NCBI GenBank assembly: GCA_002269645.1
Contig: NIVC01001722.1
Coordinates: forward strand, 31,534 to 95,533
Direction of reading: 5' to 3'
DNA length: 64,000 bases
Source of the DNA: Macrostomum lignano
Lineage: Eukaryota
Below are positions 14,401 through 28,119 of this stretch, piece by piece. Both the position numbers and the translations under genes were made by a program. How positions within the stretch are numbered: the first letter of the stretch is position 1; each line of letters starts with the position of its first letter. The notes under the pieces are model-generated. The model was not told where the DNA came from and ran no database searches. It worked only from the letters and a program-made list of their open reading frames with translations.

Positions 14401-17400
14401 TAGTGAAGAGTTGATAGATCAGACAGGTGTGTGTAGTGAAGAGTTGATAGATCAGACAGGTATTTAGTGAAGAGTTGATAGATCAGACAGGTGTGTGTAG
14501 TGAAGAGTTGATAGATCAGACAGGTGTGTGTGTAGTGAAGAGTTGATAGATCAGACAGGTATTTAGTGAAGAGTTGATAGATCAGACAGGTGTGTGTAGT
14601 GAAGAGTTGATAGATCAGACAGGTGTGTGTGTAGTGAAGAGTTGATAGATCAGACAGGTGTGTGTAGTGAAGAGTTAATAGATCAGACAGGTGTGTGTAG
14701 TGAAGAGTTGATAGATCAGACAGGTGTGTGTAGTGAAGAGTTGGTAGATCAGACAGGTGTGTGTAGTGAAGAGTTGATAGATCAGACACGTGTTTGTAGT
14801 GAAGAGTTGATAGATCAGACAGGTGTGTATAGTGAAGAGTTGATAAGGCAGGTGTGTGTAGTGAAGAGTTGATTAGTTTATCATTAACATAATAATTTAG
14901 TTAGTATAATTAAACAAAGTGAGCTGTTTTGGCCAGCAAATATTCACGATTATATAAAGAGACTTCCACAAAATCATTTTATGACTAATAATCGTGTGGA
15001 AAAATACTTCAGTAGTTTTAGCCCTGTCGCTGCACTTTCGGAGTTTCTAGCAATTTTAGCTACTGAGAGTAGAGTAGCTTGAAAAAAGCGATAAAAAAGG
15101 AAGACAAATGAAATGAAAATGTTGAACTTTGCTTAGGGGTAATGTTTGGTTAAATAAGTTGACCACAGACAGGCAAACATATTTTAAAGCACAAAAATAA
15201 AATAATAATATTTGAAAGTAAAAACTCAAAAATTATTCGAACACAATAGCAATTGAAACTAAGGCTGCGTGCTGTGATTTTCACGAAAATTTACATACAC
15301 AGGAGACTGAGCATTCAGCAGCTAATTAGTACTGTATGGGATTTTACTGTCTCAATAATGCAATAAATGCTGAGCAGGGTGCGCTCGTAATGTTAGATAA
15401 TTAGTAATATCCGTACCTGGTCCCGCTTTTGATTCCGGGGAACCAACTTTGAACTGAACAGCTATAAATATAATGAGGGCAAAACAGCAAATTTATCAGA
15501 ATGCACAGGTTTAAACAGACTGGTAAGTTGAGCGAATTTGTGTAGCTTAAAATTCGGTAAGATCTACTTAGAGTAGTACACAACAACTCAAAAAAGTAAA
15601 AAAAGATACACATACACAAGTTAAGACTGCAAAATGAAGCACGAACAAAAGTTTGCACTAATTCAAATTCAAAATGGCACTCAAGTATTACTCACAAATT
15701 CAAAATGGCACTCAAATATTACTCACAAATCAAAATGGCACTCAAATATTACTCACAAATCAAAATGGCACTCAAGTATTACTCACAAATTCAAAATGGC
15801 ACTCAAGTATTACTCACAAATCAAAATGGCACTCAAGTATTACTCACAAATTCAAAATGGCACTCAAGTATTACTCACAAATCAAAATGGCACTCAAATA
15901 TTACTCACAAATCAAAATGGCACTCAAGTATTACTCACAAATCAAAATGGCACTCAAATATTACTCACAAATCAAAATGGCACTCAAATATTACTCACAA
16001 ATCAAAATGGCACTCAAATATTACTCACAAATCAAAATGGCACTCAAGTATTACTCACAAATCAAAATGGCACTCAAATATTACTCACAAATCATAATGG
16101 CACTCAAATATTACTCACAAATCAAAATGGCACTCAAATATTACTCACAAATCAAAATGGCACTCAAGTATTACTCACAAATCAAAATGGCACTCAAATA
16201 TTACTCACAAATCAAAACGGCACTCAAATATTACTCACAAATCAAAATGGCACACAAATATTACTCACAAATAAAAAAGGCACACAAAGAATGGTCACAA
16301 ATTAAAAAATGGCAGACAAATAATGGTCAGTTTGTTCAAAATGGCACACACAACTGGCAGAAATTCGAACTTAAATACCAATCGAAGAATTCGCAAAAGT
16401 TTGATGCGACAAATAAATTTTCGTCGCTCACCTTCCTCGTCGCCGAACGGTTCGCCTTCGCCCTCGCCGTCGGCGTCAGCGGCCGAGAGGCTGGACAGGG
16501 CCAGCTCTAGAGCGGCGGCGCTGCTCAGTACGACGGATTTTTTACGAGCGCTAACGCTGCCAGCTCGGAAGCGCATGGCAATTGCGGCGGCGTCGGCGGC
16601 AGTGGCAGAGGCGCCGGAGCCCAGGCGTGTGCGGCCGCGTCGCCGGCCTTCGACGGCGGCCTTGGCCTTGGCCAGCTCGTCGTCTGCGTTTTGCGGCGTG
16701 GGGAAGATAAAATAGTTGAAAGATTTTGTTCAAAACTTGCTTAAAAAACTCCATGCATATCCTAAGTAGTCTACTTTCGATGCCAGTGAGTAGCATCTAA
16801 AGCTTTTAATACGGAGGATTAAAGTTAATGTTTTTAGCAAACGATACTGCAGTTAAAATTGAATGCCATTAAAAGCAGACAGGCAGCACGTAGCAGCACT
16901 CACCGCCCTGTCCTTTATCCAAAAAAGTCATGTTGGTGACGCAGCTGGTGTCAACAAAGTCTGCCAGTTTTCCGAGCGTGACCCTGAGCAGTTGGTACAG
17001 GGTATTGAATGCACTGATCTGTATAATTGTTTAATAAATCAAAAAGTCTAATTGCGTAGAAAATAGATTATACGATTTGGGATGAGATGAGATTTTATGT
17101 CTGGGATATCTGAAAAGAGCTTTTTATACCTAGAAGGAGATTTTGATATCAAGAATGAGATTTTGATATCTAAGATGAAATTTTTATATCTAGCATGAGA
17201 TTTTGACACAAAGAAAGAGATTTTGATATCTAGTATGAGATTTTGGTATCTAGGATGAGATTTAGATATTTAGAATCAGAGTTAGAATAAGAGATTTTGA
17301 TATCTAGCATGAGATTTTTATATCTAGTATGAGATTTTAATATCTAGGATGAGATTTTGATATCTAGGATGGGATTTTGATATCTAAGATGAGATTTTGA

Positions 17401-20400
17401 TGTCTAGGATGAGATTTTGATTTTTAGAATGATATTTTGACATCTAGAATGAGATTTTGATATCTAGTATGAGATTTTGATGTGTAGCCTGAGATTTTGA
17501 CATAAAGTAAGAGATTTTGATATCTAGAATGAGATTTCTAATTCTTATTTTGACAATGAAAAATACCTGGTGCCATTGATGTAGCCGCTCTGCAGCTTCT
17601 TAATAGTGGTGTACAGCGAAGGTGCCTGCTCGCTGGAGTCCGCATTGAAGTACCAGTGGTACACAGGTATGATGAACAGCGGCCGGCCAACAGCCGACCA
17701 GGTGCGCCGCAGGAAGGCCACATCAGTGCGCAGCATGTCTAACAGGAAGTCCAAGTCCAGGCTCAGGTAGAACGAATGATGATCGAGGAACTGCGGAGTG
17801 AAGGCCACGGTGCGCTGGCCAACAATGTACAGCTTGCTGGTGGCCAGGATGCCGACCTCGCTGGACTGGCGGCCGCTGAGGCCCAGCTGGTGGCACTTGC
17901 CCAGGTGCCGATAGAAATGACTCAACACCTTGGCCGGGAACACCCGGATCTTGGTTTCCTTGTACATCTCGGCAAAGTCTTGCACCTGCTTCAGTCCGAA
18001 TTGGGTCTCCAGGGTGCGACGGATTTTGGCGTCTTCGGCAACCACCACAACCTGAAATTGGATCGCTTCATCAATCAGATTTCTACCTTTCTGACGCGGG
18101 GGAGATTTGGTTATCGAGAGAGGTGACAAGAAATTACAGACTCTAGGGAAGAGAGATTACAGATCCTCGGGAAGAGATTACAGATTCTAGGAAAGAGAGA
18201 TGACAGATTCTAGGGAAGAGAGATTACAGATCCTAGGGAAGAGAGATTACAGATCCTAGGGAAGAGAGATTACAGATCTTAGGGAAGAGATTACAGATTC
18301 TAGGGAAGAGAGATTACAGATCCTAGGGAAGAGAGATTACAGATCTTAGGGAAGAGAGATTACAGATCCTAGGGAAGAGAGATTACAGATCCTAGGAAAG
18401 AGAGATTACAGATTCTAGGGAAGAGAGATTACAGATCCTAGGGAAGAGAGATTACAGATTCTAGGGAAGAGAGATTACAGATCCTAGGGAAGAGATTACA
18501 GATACAGAGGGCATACGTCATGGATAGGATGGGGGAACACAGAATAGAGAGCAGCTGAGTAGCAACCCACCTGCACCACCAAGTCGGGCTTAGCCTCGAG
18601 TCCCAGGCGCCTCCCGATGGGGTCAATCTCTTGCGGCCGAAGGAATTTGTCGCGCAACAGCTGGCAGATGACGTACAACGATTGAGTCCACAGGTGCGGC
18701 AGCGCACCAACCGGGTGGCGATCCTGGCTACCCGGAGCGGCCCGCTCTGCTGCAACCAGGTGCCCGGGCACGCTGTAGGACTCGGGCATCTGCGGCAGTC
18801 CGTCAGAGTTCAGCAGAGCCAGCCGGTCCAGCAGGCGGGCGAAGCGGTCCGCCCGCTCGTCAGAGTCGGCGAACTGCGCGTCCAGCAGCTGGTAGCAGAG
18901 GAACAGGGGCCACTCGCACTCGATATTCTCGAACTGGCGCAGCTCCCAGGGCTCGTAATAGAGCCGGTTAGGGTCCTCAACGGCTGTGCGGTAGCCGTCG
19001 CGCAGGAAGCGCCGGTAGCCGTACCTGGGGTGGGATTTCCGGTGGATGATTATAAAGGGATTAGCGAGGTTGTGACTCGGAAAGGAAGGTTAAAAGCAAT
19101 TTTAAAACTAACTAGGAATAGAATTTTATTGAATCAGTTGGGAAATGGTTGGGATAAAGAACAGGATGGATGGAATGGGGAACAGAATGGATTGGATGGG
19201 GAAAAGGATGGGGAATAGGATGGATTGGATGGGGAACAGGATGGATGGGATGAGGAACAGGATGGATGTGATGGGGAACAGGATGGGATGGGGAACAGGA
19301 TGGGATGGGGAACAGGATGGGATGGGGAACAGGATGGATGGGATGAGGAACAGGATGGATGTGATGGGGGAGCAGGATGGGATGGGGAACAGGATGGATG
19401 GGATGGGGGAGCAGGATGGGATGGGGAACAGGATGGATGGGATGGGGGAACAGGATGAATGGGATGGGCAACAGGATGGGGTGGGGAACAGGATGGGGTG
19501 GGGAAAAGGATGGGAACAGGATGGATGGGATGGGGGAGCAGGATGGGATGGGGAACAGGATGGATGGGATGGGGAACAGGATGGATGGGATGGGGGAGCA
19601 GGATGGGATGGGGAACAGGATGGATGGGATGGGGGAACAGGATGAATGGGATGGGGAACAGGATGGGGTGGGGAACAGGATGGATGGGACGGGGAACAGG
19701 ATGGATGGGGTGGGGAGCAGGATGGATGGGATGGGGAACAGGATGGATGGGATGGGGAACAGGATGGATGGGGTGGGGAGCAGGATGGATGGGATGGGGA
19801 ACAGGATGGATGGGGAACAGGATGGATGGGGTGGGGAGCAGGATGGGATGGGGAACAGGATGGATGGGTGAGGAGCAGGATGGGATGGGGAACAGGATGG
19901 ATGGGTGAGGAGCAGGATGGATGGGGAACAGGATGGATGGGATGGGGAACAGGATGGATGGGGAACAGGATGGATGGGGAACAGGATGGATGGGGAACAG
20001 GATGGATGGGGTGGGGAGCAGGATGGGATGGGGAACAGGATGGATGGGTGAGGAGCAGGATGGGATGGGGAACAGGATGGATGGGTGAGGAGCAGGATGG
20101 GATGGGGAACAGGATGGATGGGATGGGGAACAGGATGGATGGGGAACAGGATGGATGGGGAACAGGATGGATGGGGAACAGGATGGATGGGGTGGGGAGC
20201 AGGATGGGATGGGGAACAGGATGGATGGGTGAGGAGCAGGATGGGATGGGGAACAGGATGGATGGGGAACAGGATGGATGGGGTGGGGAGCAGGATGGGA
20301 TGGGGAACAGGATGGATGGGTGAGGAGCAGGATGGGATGGGGAACAGGATGGATGGGGAACAGGATGGATGGGATTGGGAACAGGATGGATGGGGTGGGG

Positions 20401-22779
20401 AGCAGGATGGGATGGGGAACAGGATGGATGGGATGGGGAACAGGATGGATGGGGTGGGGAGCAGGATGGGATTGGGAACAGGATGGATGGGTGGGGAGCA
20501 GGATGGGATGGGGAACATACATGCGCAACAGTCGGCCGAGTCGGCCGATCCGGCCGACCGATTTGGCGGCCAACCAAGGAAGTTGCAAAAATGCCTACCT
20601 GAATAAAAACCCAAGTAGTAGTACTAAGTAGCTGACGAGGCATTTTGGCTCAATAAGACAGTTATAGTTACTCCTGCCGTTTACCCAAAGTTGCGTTAAT
20701 TTTGCTTTAGGGTTCTTTTACATGTAAGTCGCATTTTTGGCCAAAAACTACGTCGCATTTTTGTTAAAACTAAGTCGCACGGCCGACCAAATTTTGGGGG
20801 TTGCGCATGTATGATGGGGAACAGGATGGATGGGGAACAGGATGGGGAACAGGGTACACTGATAGGACACACTATACGAGTGAGATAGAGTGAGGAATGG
20901 GATGGAGAGTAGCAGTACAGTAAAAGTACGATTCCCCCTAACACTGAACAAAAACAAGATCCTAGCGCTAATTAGTCAGGCGCTTGATGCTCTCACCTGC
21001 CCTGCAGCATGCTGTCAATGCAATTCCTAGTGCTGGCAACCAGCTCTTCCCTATCCACAGCGAATGCCGGATAGCCAATAACAGCCAGCAGGCCAGCGTC
21101 AGTCTCCTTGGAGCAGCTCTCCCTCGGCAGCATGGTGTCCAGCACGGCCGCGCAGTTCTGCGAGTCGTCAGCCATCACGTGGATAAACGATCGACAGCCG
21201 CCCGAGCTGCCGTACAGGTCGAGCTCGGACAGCGCCTCCAGAGCCGCCTTGGTCATGCCTATAGAGGTGGAGTTGAGCTCCGGCTGGCCATTGTTAGTCT
21301 TGTCGCCTCGTTCCCACACGCCGTAGTCGCAGGTCATATAGGCCGCGTCAAGGTAGAACACAAGATTCTGTACGAATGCAGTCTCTTCGGCTGTGTAAAC
21401 AAGCACCAAGCCTGAGGCGGTCATCTGTGCCAGGGCTAGCAGGTACAGGGCGACAGCGTCGAACTGCAGGTGGCCATAGTTGGAATCGCCAGTGACTGGC
21501 GACAGGCTGCTGGCTGAGAACTTGCAGTGCAGCGCGTCCAGTGGCTGCCTGGTGTGCTTGAACCGCTCCACCTGCGCAGTGGGTTTGTGCTGGGCATCGT
21601 TAATAACAAAGCCCAAAGGCATTTGCGGTAAAATGGAAAAAATCTGTTAGATTTAAAGTTTAGGTCTCGTGAAGTTTAGGTCTAGTGAAGTTTAGGTCTT
21701 GTCAAGTTTAGGTCCTGTCAAGTTTAGGTCTTGTCAAGTTTAGGTCTTGTCAAGTTTAGGTCTTGTAAACTTTAGGTCTTGTGAAGTTTAGGTCTCGTGG
21801 AGTTTAGGTCTTGTCAAGTTTAGGTCTTGTGAAGTTTAACTCTTGTGAAATTTAGTTCTTGCGCAGTTTAGGTGTCGTGAAGTTTAGGTCTTGTAAACTT
21901 TAAGTCTCGTGAAGTTTAGGTCTCGTGGAGTTTAGGTCTTGTAAAGTTTAGGTGTTGTGAAGTTTATTTCTTGTCAAGTTTAGGTCTCGTAAAGTTTTGG
22001 TCTTGTGAAGTTTAGGTCTTGTGAAGTTTGGGTCTTGCGCAGTTTAGGTCTCGTGAAGTTTAGGTCTCGTGGAGTTTAGGTCTTGTCAAGTTTAGGTCTT
22101 GTGAAGTTAGGTCTTGTGAAGTTTAACTCTTGTGAAATTTAGTTCTTGCGCAGTTTAGGTCTCGTGAAGTTTAGGTCTTGTCAAGTTTAGGTCTCGTGAA
22201 GTTTAGGTCTCGTGAAATATAGTTATTGTGAATTCTAGGTCTTGTGAAGTATAGTTCTTGTGAAGTTTAAGTCTCGTGAAGTTTAGGTTTTGTGAAAGCG
22301 CCCCCTCCCTGAATCCATCTGAACGCGCGAGGAATCGAACCCGAGACCGTTTGCTCGAGAGAGAGAGAGACACTTCACCAAAGCATCAAGGTAAGACAGC
22401 CGCTAACGGGAGCGCGTGAAATTTACAAAGAAGCCAGCAATAATTAATAGATATTTAGTGTCTGTGAATTCTAATTTAAACACATTCATCACCTTATCAG
22501 CCTGACGCATCATACAGGCCAGCAGGCTCCGCATGCACTTGATAGTCCGACCTTCGAGGTCTCGCAGCCTAGCCCTATCCTGGTCCTCTTCGGCCACCTT
22601 TTTGAAGGCCAAAGCCAGCGCCCAGGTGCACATGGCAGCGTAGGTGTTGTCCCGGATGTAGGCATGATCGCTGCTGGGCGTAGATGGTATCAATCCCGTG
22701 ATGTCATTCTGCCTGGCCAGCACAGTCTTCAGCACCAGGCTGTGGTAATAGTCCAAGTTCTTTCTGGCTCTGGCGACGA
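5448..22779 (-). CDS. PHKA: Phosphorylase b kinase regulatory subunit alpha, multi-exon; first coding exon not located
   Basis: GT-AG exons in consistent phase: 22779-22493, 21571-20997, 19024-18571, 18051-17567, 16983-16904, 16683-16432, 13678-13556, 10779-10572, 10130-9929, 8556-8301, 7993-7895, 7466-7441, 6191-5448. Motifs [88 protein letters not shown] and CAAX CPVQ match the alpha rather than the beta subunit. Confidence 0.93.
6759..6999. mobile_element. Possible CACTA-like MITE
   Basis: 15-bp inverted termini C(G/A)CTACGGAGATAGG at 6759-6773 and 6985-6999; flanks TTT/TAT are an imperfect 3-bp TSD; AT-rich non-coding interior. Confidence 0.35.
8126..8292. repeat. ~15-bp minisatellite (CTGTAGCTGCCC(C/T))
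   Basis: Visible tandem units beginning next to the PHKA donor at 8300. Confidence 0.85.
8609..9815. repeat. 29-bp minisatellite GATTCGAACCCCTGACCCTACGAGTATAA, ~41 copies
   Basis: Highly homogeneous tandem units; the minus strand contains GGTTCGAATC (tRNA B-box-like). Confidence 0.95.
10808..11538. repeat. 36-bp minisatellite (CAGCTGACTGACTCACTGCTCACCATTGACTGACTG)
   Basis: Tandem units; explains the 12-aa periodic ORFs. Confidence 0.95.
11757..13385. repeat. 21-bp minisatellite GTGTACTTCCAATCTGATCTA, ~77 copies
   Basis: Near-perfect tandem array (YFQSDLV pseudo-ORFs). Confidence 0.97.
13907..14872. repeat. 33-bp minisatellite (AGTGAAGAGTTGATAGATCAGACAGGTGTGTGT)
   Basis: Tandem units with GT-length variants. 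Confidence 0.95.
15660..16285. repeat. 30-bp minisatellite (TCAAAATGGCACTCAAATATTACTCACAAA)
   Basis: Tandem units ([10 protein letters not shown] pseudo-ORF). Confidence 0.95.
17085..17537. repeat. Degenerate 20-bp minisatellite (GAGATTTTGATATCTAGGAT)
   Basis: Tandem units, more diverged than neighbouring arrays. Confidence 0.9.
18128..18500. repeat. 23-bp minisatellite (TCCTAGGGAAGAGAGATTACAGA)
   Basis: Tandem units fill most of the intron. Confidence 0.93.
19140..20853. repeat. Purine-rich variable minisatellite (GGGGAACAGGATGGATGGGA-type), interrupted by a MITE
   Basis: Tandem GGAT/GGGGAACAGG modules; produces the 480-505 aa low-complexity pseudo-ORFs. Confidence 0.93.
20516..20813. mobile_element. 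hAT-type MITE, 298 bp
   Basis: Perfect 14-bp TIRs CATACATGCGCAAC/GTTGCGCATGTATG; 8-bp direct repeat ATGGGGAA at 20508-20515 and 20814-20821. An 8-bp TSD is typical of hAT, although this 8-mer is common in the host array. Confidence 0.75.
21652..22296. repeat. 16-bp minisatellite (GTGAAGTTTAGGTCT(C/T))
   Basis: Tandem, moderately diverged. Confidence 0.92.
22310..22395 (-). mobile_element. tRNA-derived SINE head fragment
   Basis: Minus strand GGTCTCGGGTTCGATTCC B-box; no full cloverleaf. Confidence 0.35.
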
Positions 22780-22865
22780 CTGAAGGTGTACAAGTGGCCA
22801 GTGCAAACTTATTCAATGCTGAGCAAGAGCATGTATTAGCCTTGTAGCATATGCCAGGGGGGAAC

Positions 22866-23145
22866 CTAGGGCTTAGAGTGTCAGACTCACAACTTGAAGG
22901 TCGGGGGGGGGGGGGTTCGATTCCCAATCCCATAGGACCAACTTGTGTCCATGAGCAAGACACTTAACTCTGCATTGCTTCAGTTCACCTAGCTGTGAAA
23001 TGGGTGCCGCCAGCATTAGCTGGGGTTATTGAGGGTGTGTTGTGACCCCCCAGTCCATGGACTGAACCACAAATACTAGAATAACCAGATGGGCCACTCA
23101 GGCATATAAACTTAGTAAATCAGCTTTCTACTTTCAGTTCAGTAG
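22866..23145 (+). mobile_element. tRNA-derived SINE
   Basis: tRNA-like head (GCTTAGAGTGTCAGACTCACAA...GGTTCGATTCCC) followed by TGTGTCCATGAGCAAGACACTTAAC...AGCTGTGAAATGGGTGCC, which resembles conserved SINE central domains. The tail recurs inverted at ~23465-23533 and ~62600-62665. Confidence 0.6.
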
Positions 23146-26100
23146 CAAAGAAGAATACATAAGCTATTTATAAAATAAAGTCAGCTGAAATGACTTTGAT
23201 AAGTTTAGAAGCCCAAGCTTGCAGGCGTAAACAACTTGCTAATTTGTTCAGTAATAATGTACATTAGCCAGTCCACTGAAATGTACATGGCAACTTTAGG
23301 CTGGAATTCCGAGGAAGGCAATAAAAATTGGGGCAGGGTAGGGGGGCAGTGTAGAAAGGCACAGTTTAAGGTTTTAAACTGGGAGGCCCATGAGGGTGGT
23401 AAGAGCCAATAAATGAGACTTGTCTTTAAAAATACATTAAAATGGTTTAGTTTAACACACTACTAAGCTGAAAGTAGCTTACAAGTAGCTCAAATGTGCT
23501 GAGTGGCCCATCTAGTTATTCTAGTATCTGTGGACTGAATAGCCATATGTAGCCTTCAGATATCCCACACAATATAGCTATGGCTGAGCTTTTTCAATTT
23601 TTTTATTGCTTATATCAGCTAATTATCAGTTTTCATCAAAAATACTTGACTATTTAGCATGATCCCATTTAAATCTTTTCATATTTCTAAATTAATTGTT
23701 TTATGCACTTAATTAAAATGAATTCCTAATTCATTATATATTACTATTGTCTATAACTATTGCAAATAGGCAAAGATAAATTGCCATTTTAGACATAGAT
23801 AAGCAAAGACTAGTAAATTAATTTCTTAGAAACAGTTAGAAACTTGAGTTCTTGACTTAAGAATCATTGTTTAAGCAGAATAGTCATATTTAAGCTTTAA
23901 AGTATAATAAATAATTAGAAATTGTCCTGTCACTAAGCATAGCAATGATATGATTAATACCTTTATTGAATTTATTGTTGATATATCTATTGCCATGCTA
24001 AATTACATATAGCAGTTTCTTATGGTCATGACAAAAAAAATTTATGACTATATTTACAATTACATGTCTTTTTTGTTTTTTTTAATATCATATCATTTTT
24101 TCATGTCTTTTTCTAGCTTCATTTCTTTATCTTTATCTTTTATTTACATATATGTCTAATCTTCCTGGTTTATATTAGCTGTGCTTACTTACTTCCTGAC
24201 TTATCTAATATAATTTTGGGTAAATGGTATGAGTAGGCCTAGCTATAACTATATTGTTAAGACTAAATGCCTTGTCATCTAATTAGTACTAATTAGTATC
24301 TATAGTCAAGACTAGAGGTAATTAAACAAAGATAATTTATTGCATATATTATAGACTATTAGAGTCTATACTCTACTCTAAAAAAACATTATTTATGCCA
24401 GTGCCAGCATGCATTTGGCTTGGTTGATGAGCATTCTATGCAGTAGGTTCTAGCATATTTTCTAGCAAGCACTCAAGATGATCCTATGGAGTATAGACAA
24501 TAATACTTATAATACTCTAGCTATATACTTTACATCATTGAATATAATCATTTTCTAGTTATTTTTAGAGTAATTTTGTTGTTTGCTAATGTTTAATAGG
24601 GCCTAGTTGATTACAAAACAAATGGTTTTTAAAAAGTTTATTGACCAACTTTTTATTTTTAATTAAAATAAAAAACTGCACAGTATATTAACTTATATAT
24701 AGTTGACAATACAATTATTTGTTTTTGTTGGTTATGGATATCTTGGCAAAATATAATACATGCCAATTTTAATTTACAAAAGTATAAAGTTTTAAAATCA
24801 AATTTATTGCATCGTTCTTTCGAAAAAAAAGTATTCACTTTTTATTACTTGCAGTTGAAAAGGCTCTACTTATTATACTATATGTTTACAATTTATTAAA
24901 GGACTAAAAAATTAAATTAAAAAAAATTTAAATGTCACCCGGCTGACCGGCTGATTTTTCAAGCTTAAATCTGTGGCTCAGAGTCTACGTATTGCTTAAT
25001 CGAACCCTAAACAAATTCTATAAACAGGATTCTACTTTAAAAGTATTCTTAGGAACTAAACACAAAACTATGGTATATACATGGTATTCCACTGAATTAT
25101 CTCTGCATGACTTTGTTAAAATAAAAAACATTAAAGTGCAATGATGGTGATTCTTTGCTGTTACGAAATTGTGTATTATAACGTTATATCAATTTATATT
25201 AACTCATTGTGCACAAAATAAAAAAACTTGCATGCTTAATCAAGAAATCCGTCGTTACTTTCTTCTGTTTTACTATGATATCAAACAAAAATTTTGTTGT
25301 GTTAGGAATAGTATGCTTGCTGCATACTCTACTTTTACTGTGTCATAAAGTAAAATGTAATTCTGTTGTTGGCATTCTGTTGTGGCTCCGGCTTTTTATG
25401 ATGATCCCCTGATGATTTTTTACGGCCTAGGATTAACTTATACCAATTACAGCCTAATTTTGCTGAATAAACTTTGTAGCGCAAAAATGTTTGCACTGAT
25501 CGAGTCTGAGGATGATCGACCAATTTTGGATGGAGTAGTTAGAAATGCAGTACCTATATTTGAATGTACAAATATTTGGGCAAGTACGGAGTTAGTTTCT
25601 AAAGACGCCTTGGAACATTGACAGAATAGTGCAGTGGATTTTCTTCATGTGCTTCAATAGCTGCTGGAGCTCTGCTTGTCCAACAATTCTGACACTTACG
25701 AACCCGCGTATTGCATTTGCGTTTTTTAACTTTTTATTTTCATATACTATACTAGCCTCCCGAGTAGTAGTTTAGTAAGTAGTTTAAATTGATATTTAGT
25801 TTTTGCCGGAACCGAATGGTACATGTATATAATTTATGAGTCGATTATATAATCATCATATAATCTTTAATCATGCATTTTTAGATTTTCATGTACACAT
25901 GTAGTATTACCCTGGGGTTGTTACATAATTAGATTAGTTCTAGCATCATTATAATGCGCATATCGGTTTAATGCAAATATTTCTTGAACTACATAAAATT
26001 TTTACCATTTACCTTTCTGGGTAAGCTCTGCGAGTCTGTGCACATGGTATGCATGTACATGTTGCATAAAGTTAAAGTAATAAATCCATGCAGTAAATTT

Positions 26101-26964
26101 GCTTGAAAAATCGTTGATTTCAATTTGCAACTCTCACAGCGTGACTAGCTCAAAAGGCCACTACATGTATAATTCGTACAAAATGAGAGTGATGTATTAT
26201 AGCTAGCTAGCAGTAGAAGATACTGTACAGTAGTAGTGTACAGAAGATACAGAAGCACAAGGATGAGACGGAAGCGCTGCGACAGCATCGACCCAAGCAG
26301 CCTTATCTGCAGAATAAACTGACTTTGACAGGAAAGAAACCCGCGAGGGCCTTGAGAGCTAGCTTGAGCGCTCTTGAAAGCATCGGAAATAAACCAATAT
26401 CCGCATTTGCCCTTTTCCCGCATTCCCGCACCGTCAGATGGGGCTGGGCAACCTGCTGTGCCCCTCGTCCCTACCCATGCAATACATGGCTGATAAAAGT
26501 GCAACGAGTTATATTAGAAACAGACGTTCAGAGCTGAGAATTAAGCCATTGTCTAACCCTAAAAGGCTGTGCCAGTAGGTTCAGATTTACGCTCGTATAG
26601 CTCATATTACTGATATCTTATGACATGCTTTCCACTGTTGTGAACTCTATTAATAGGCTGCTTTGCACTCTTTAATTAACTCGCGTGTTCGTCCATCCTC
26701 AGATACCGTAGCGATCGCTCCCTGAGACTGCTTGGACATTCTCCCTGTGATCCGCTTCCTCTACTCTTCAGACTTTCCTCAGAAAATCAAACTGTAGTTA
26801 TGCGTCTTCCTCTCCTCCACCTTTTTACTCTTCCCTACAGTCTCCCTCTCTCCTATCTTTTCACTCTCCTCTACAGTCTCCCTTTTCACTATCTTCTCAC
26901 CAAGGACTACTAGACGAAGCCTACTAGACTATAAAGAAGCGTTCTTAGAGATCCTTGCTTCTCA

Positions 26965-27681
26965 CTCTCTCCTACCGTCTCCCTCTCCCCTACCGTCTCC
27001 TTCTCCCCTACCGTCTCCTTCTCCCTACCGTCTCCTTCTCCCCTACCGTCTCCTTCTCCCCTACCGTCTCCTTCTCCCCTACCGTCTCCTTCTCCCCTAC
27101 CGTCTCCCTCTCCCCTACCGTCTCCTTTTCCCCTACCGTCTCCTTCTTCCCTACCGTCTCCCTCTCCCCTACCGTCTCCTTCTCCCCTACCGTCTCCCTC
27201 TCCCCTACCGTCTCCCTCTCCCCTACCGTCTCCTTCTCCCCTACCGTCTCCTTCTCCCCTACCGTCTCCTTCTCCCCTACCGTCTCACTCTCTCCTACAG
27301 TCTCACTCTCCCCTACCGTCTCCTTCTCCCCTACAGTCACCTTCTCCCCTACGGTCTCCTTCTCCCCTACAGTCTCCTTCTTCCCTACCGTCTCACTCTC
27401 TCCTACAGTCTCACTCTCTCCTACAGTCTCACTCTCTCCTACAGTCTCACTCTCTCCTACAGTCTCACTCTCTCCTACTCTCCCCTACAGTCTCACTCTC
27501 CCCTACTGTCTCCTTCTCCCCTACCGTCTCCTCCCCTACCGTCTCACTCTCCCCTACCGTCTCACTCTCCCCTACCGTCTCACTCTCCCCTACCGTCTCA
27601 CTCTCTCCTACAGTCTCACTCTCTCCTACAGTCTCACTCTCTCCTACTCTCCCCTACAGTCTCACTCTCCCCTACTGTCTC
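26965..27681. repeat. 18-bp CT-rich minisatellite (CCCTACCGTCTCCTTCTC), left part
   Basis: Same unit as 32410-35100; split by the Gypsy insertion. Confidence 0.95.
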
Positions 27682-28049
<368 letters not shown>

Positions 28050-28059
28050 TCTCCCCCCT
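28050..28059 (-). other. Polypurine tract AGGGGGGAGA
   Basis: Directly abuts the 3' LTR on the element's sense strand. Confidence 0.85.
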
Positions 28060-28119
28060 AAAGTTCGAAACATCCCCTAGCAAAGTTCGTTCGAAGTCAG
28101 AGTCAGTTCAAATTCAGGA

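Noticed and set aside
8609-14872. CRISPR-like regular repeats of 29-36 bp
   Set aside because: Units are head-to-tail with no unique spacers, there are no cas genes, and the context is eukaryotic.
22866-22935. tRNA gene
   Set aside because: It has A/B-box-like motifs but no complete cloverleaf, and it continues into a SINE-like body.
25980-26075. Candidate first PHKA exon (MQHVHAYHVHRLAELTQK, phase-1 donor GTAAAT near 26012)
   Set aside because: Phase-compatible but has no homology support; left uncalled.
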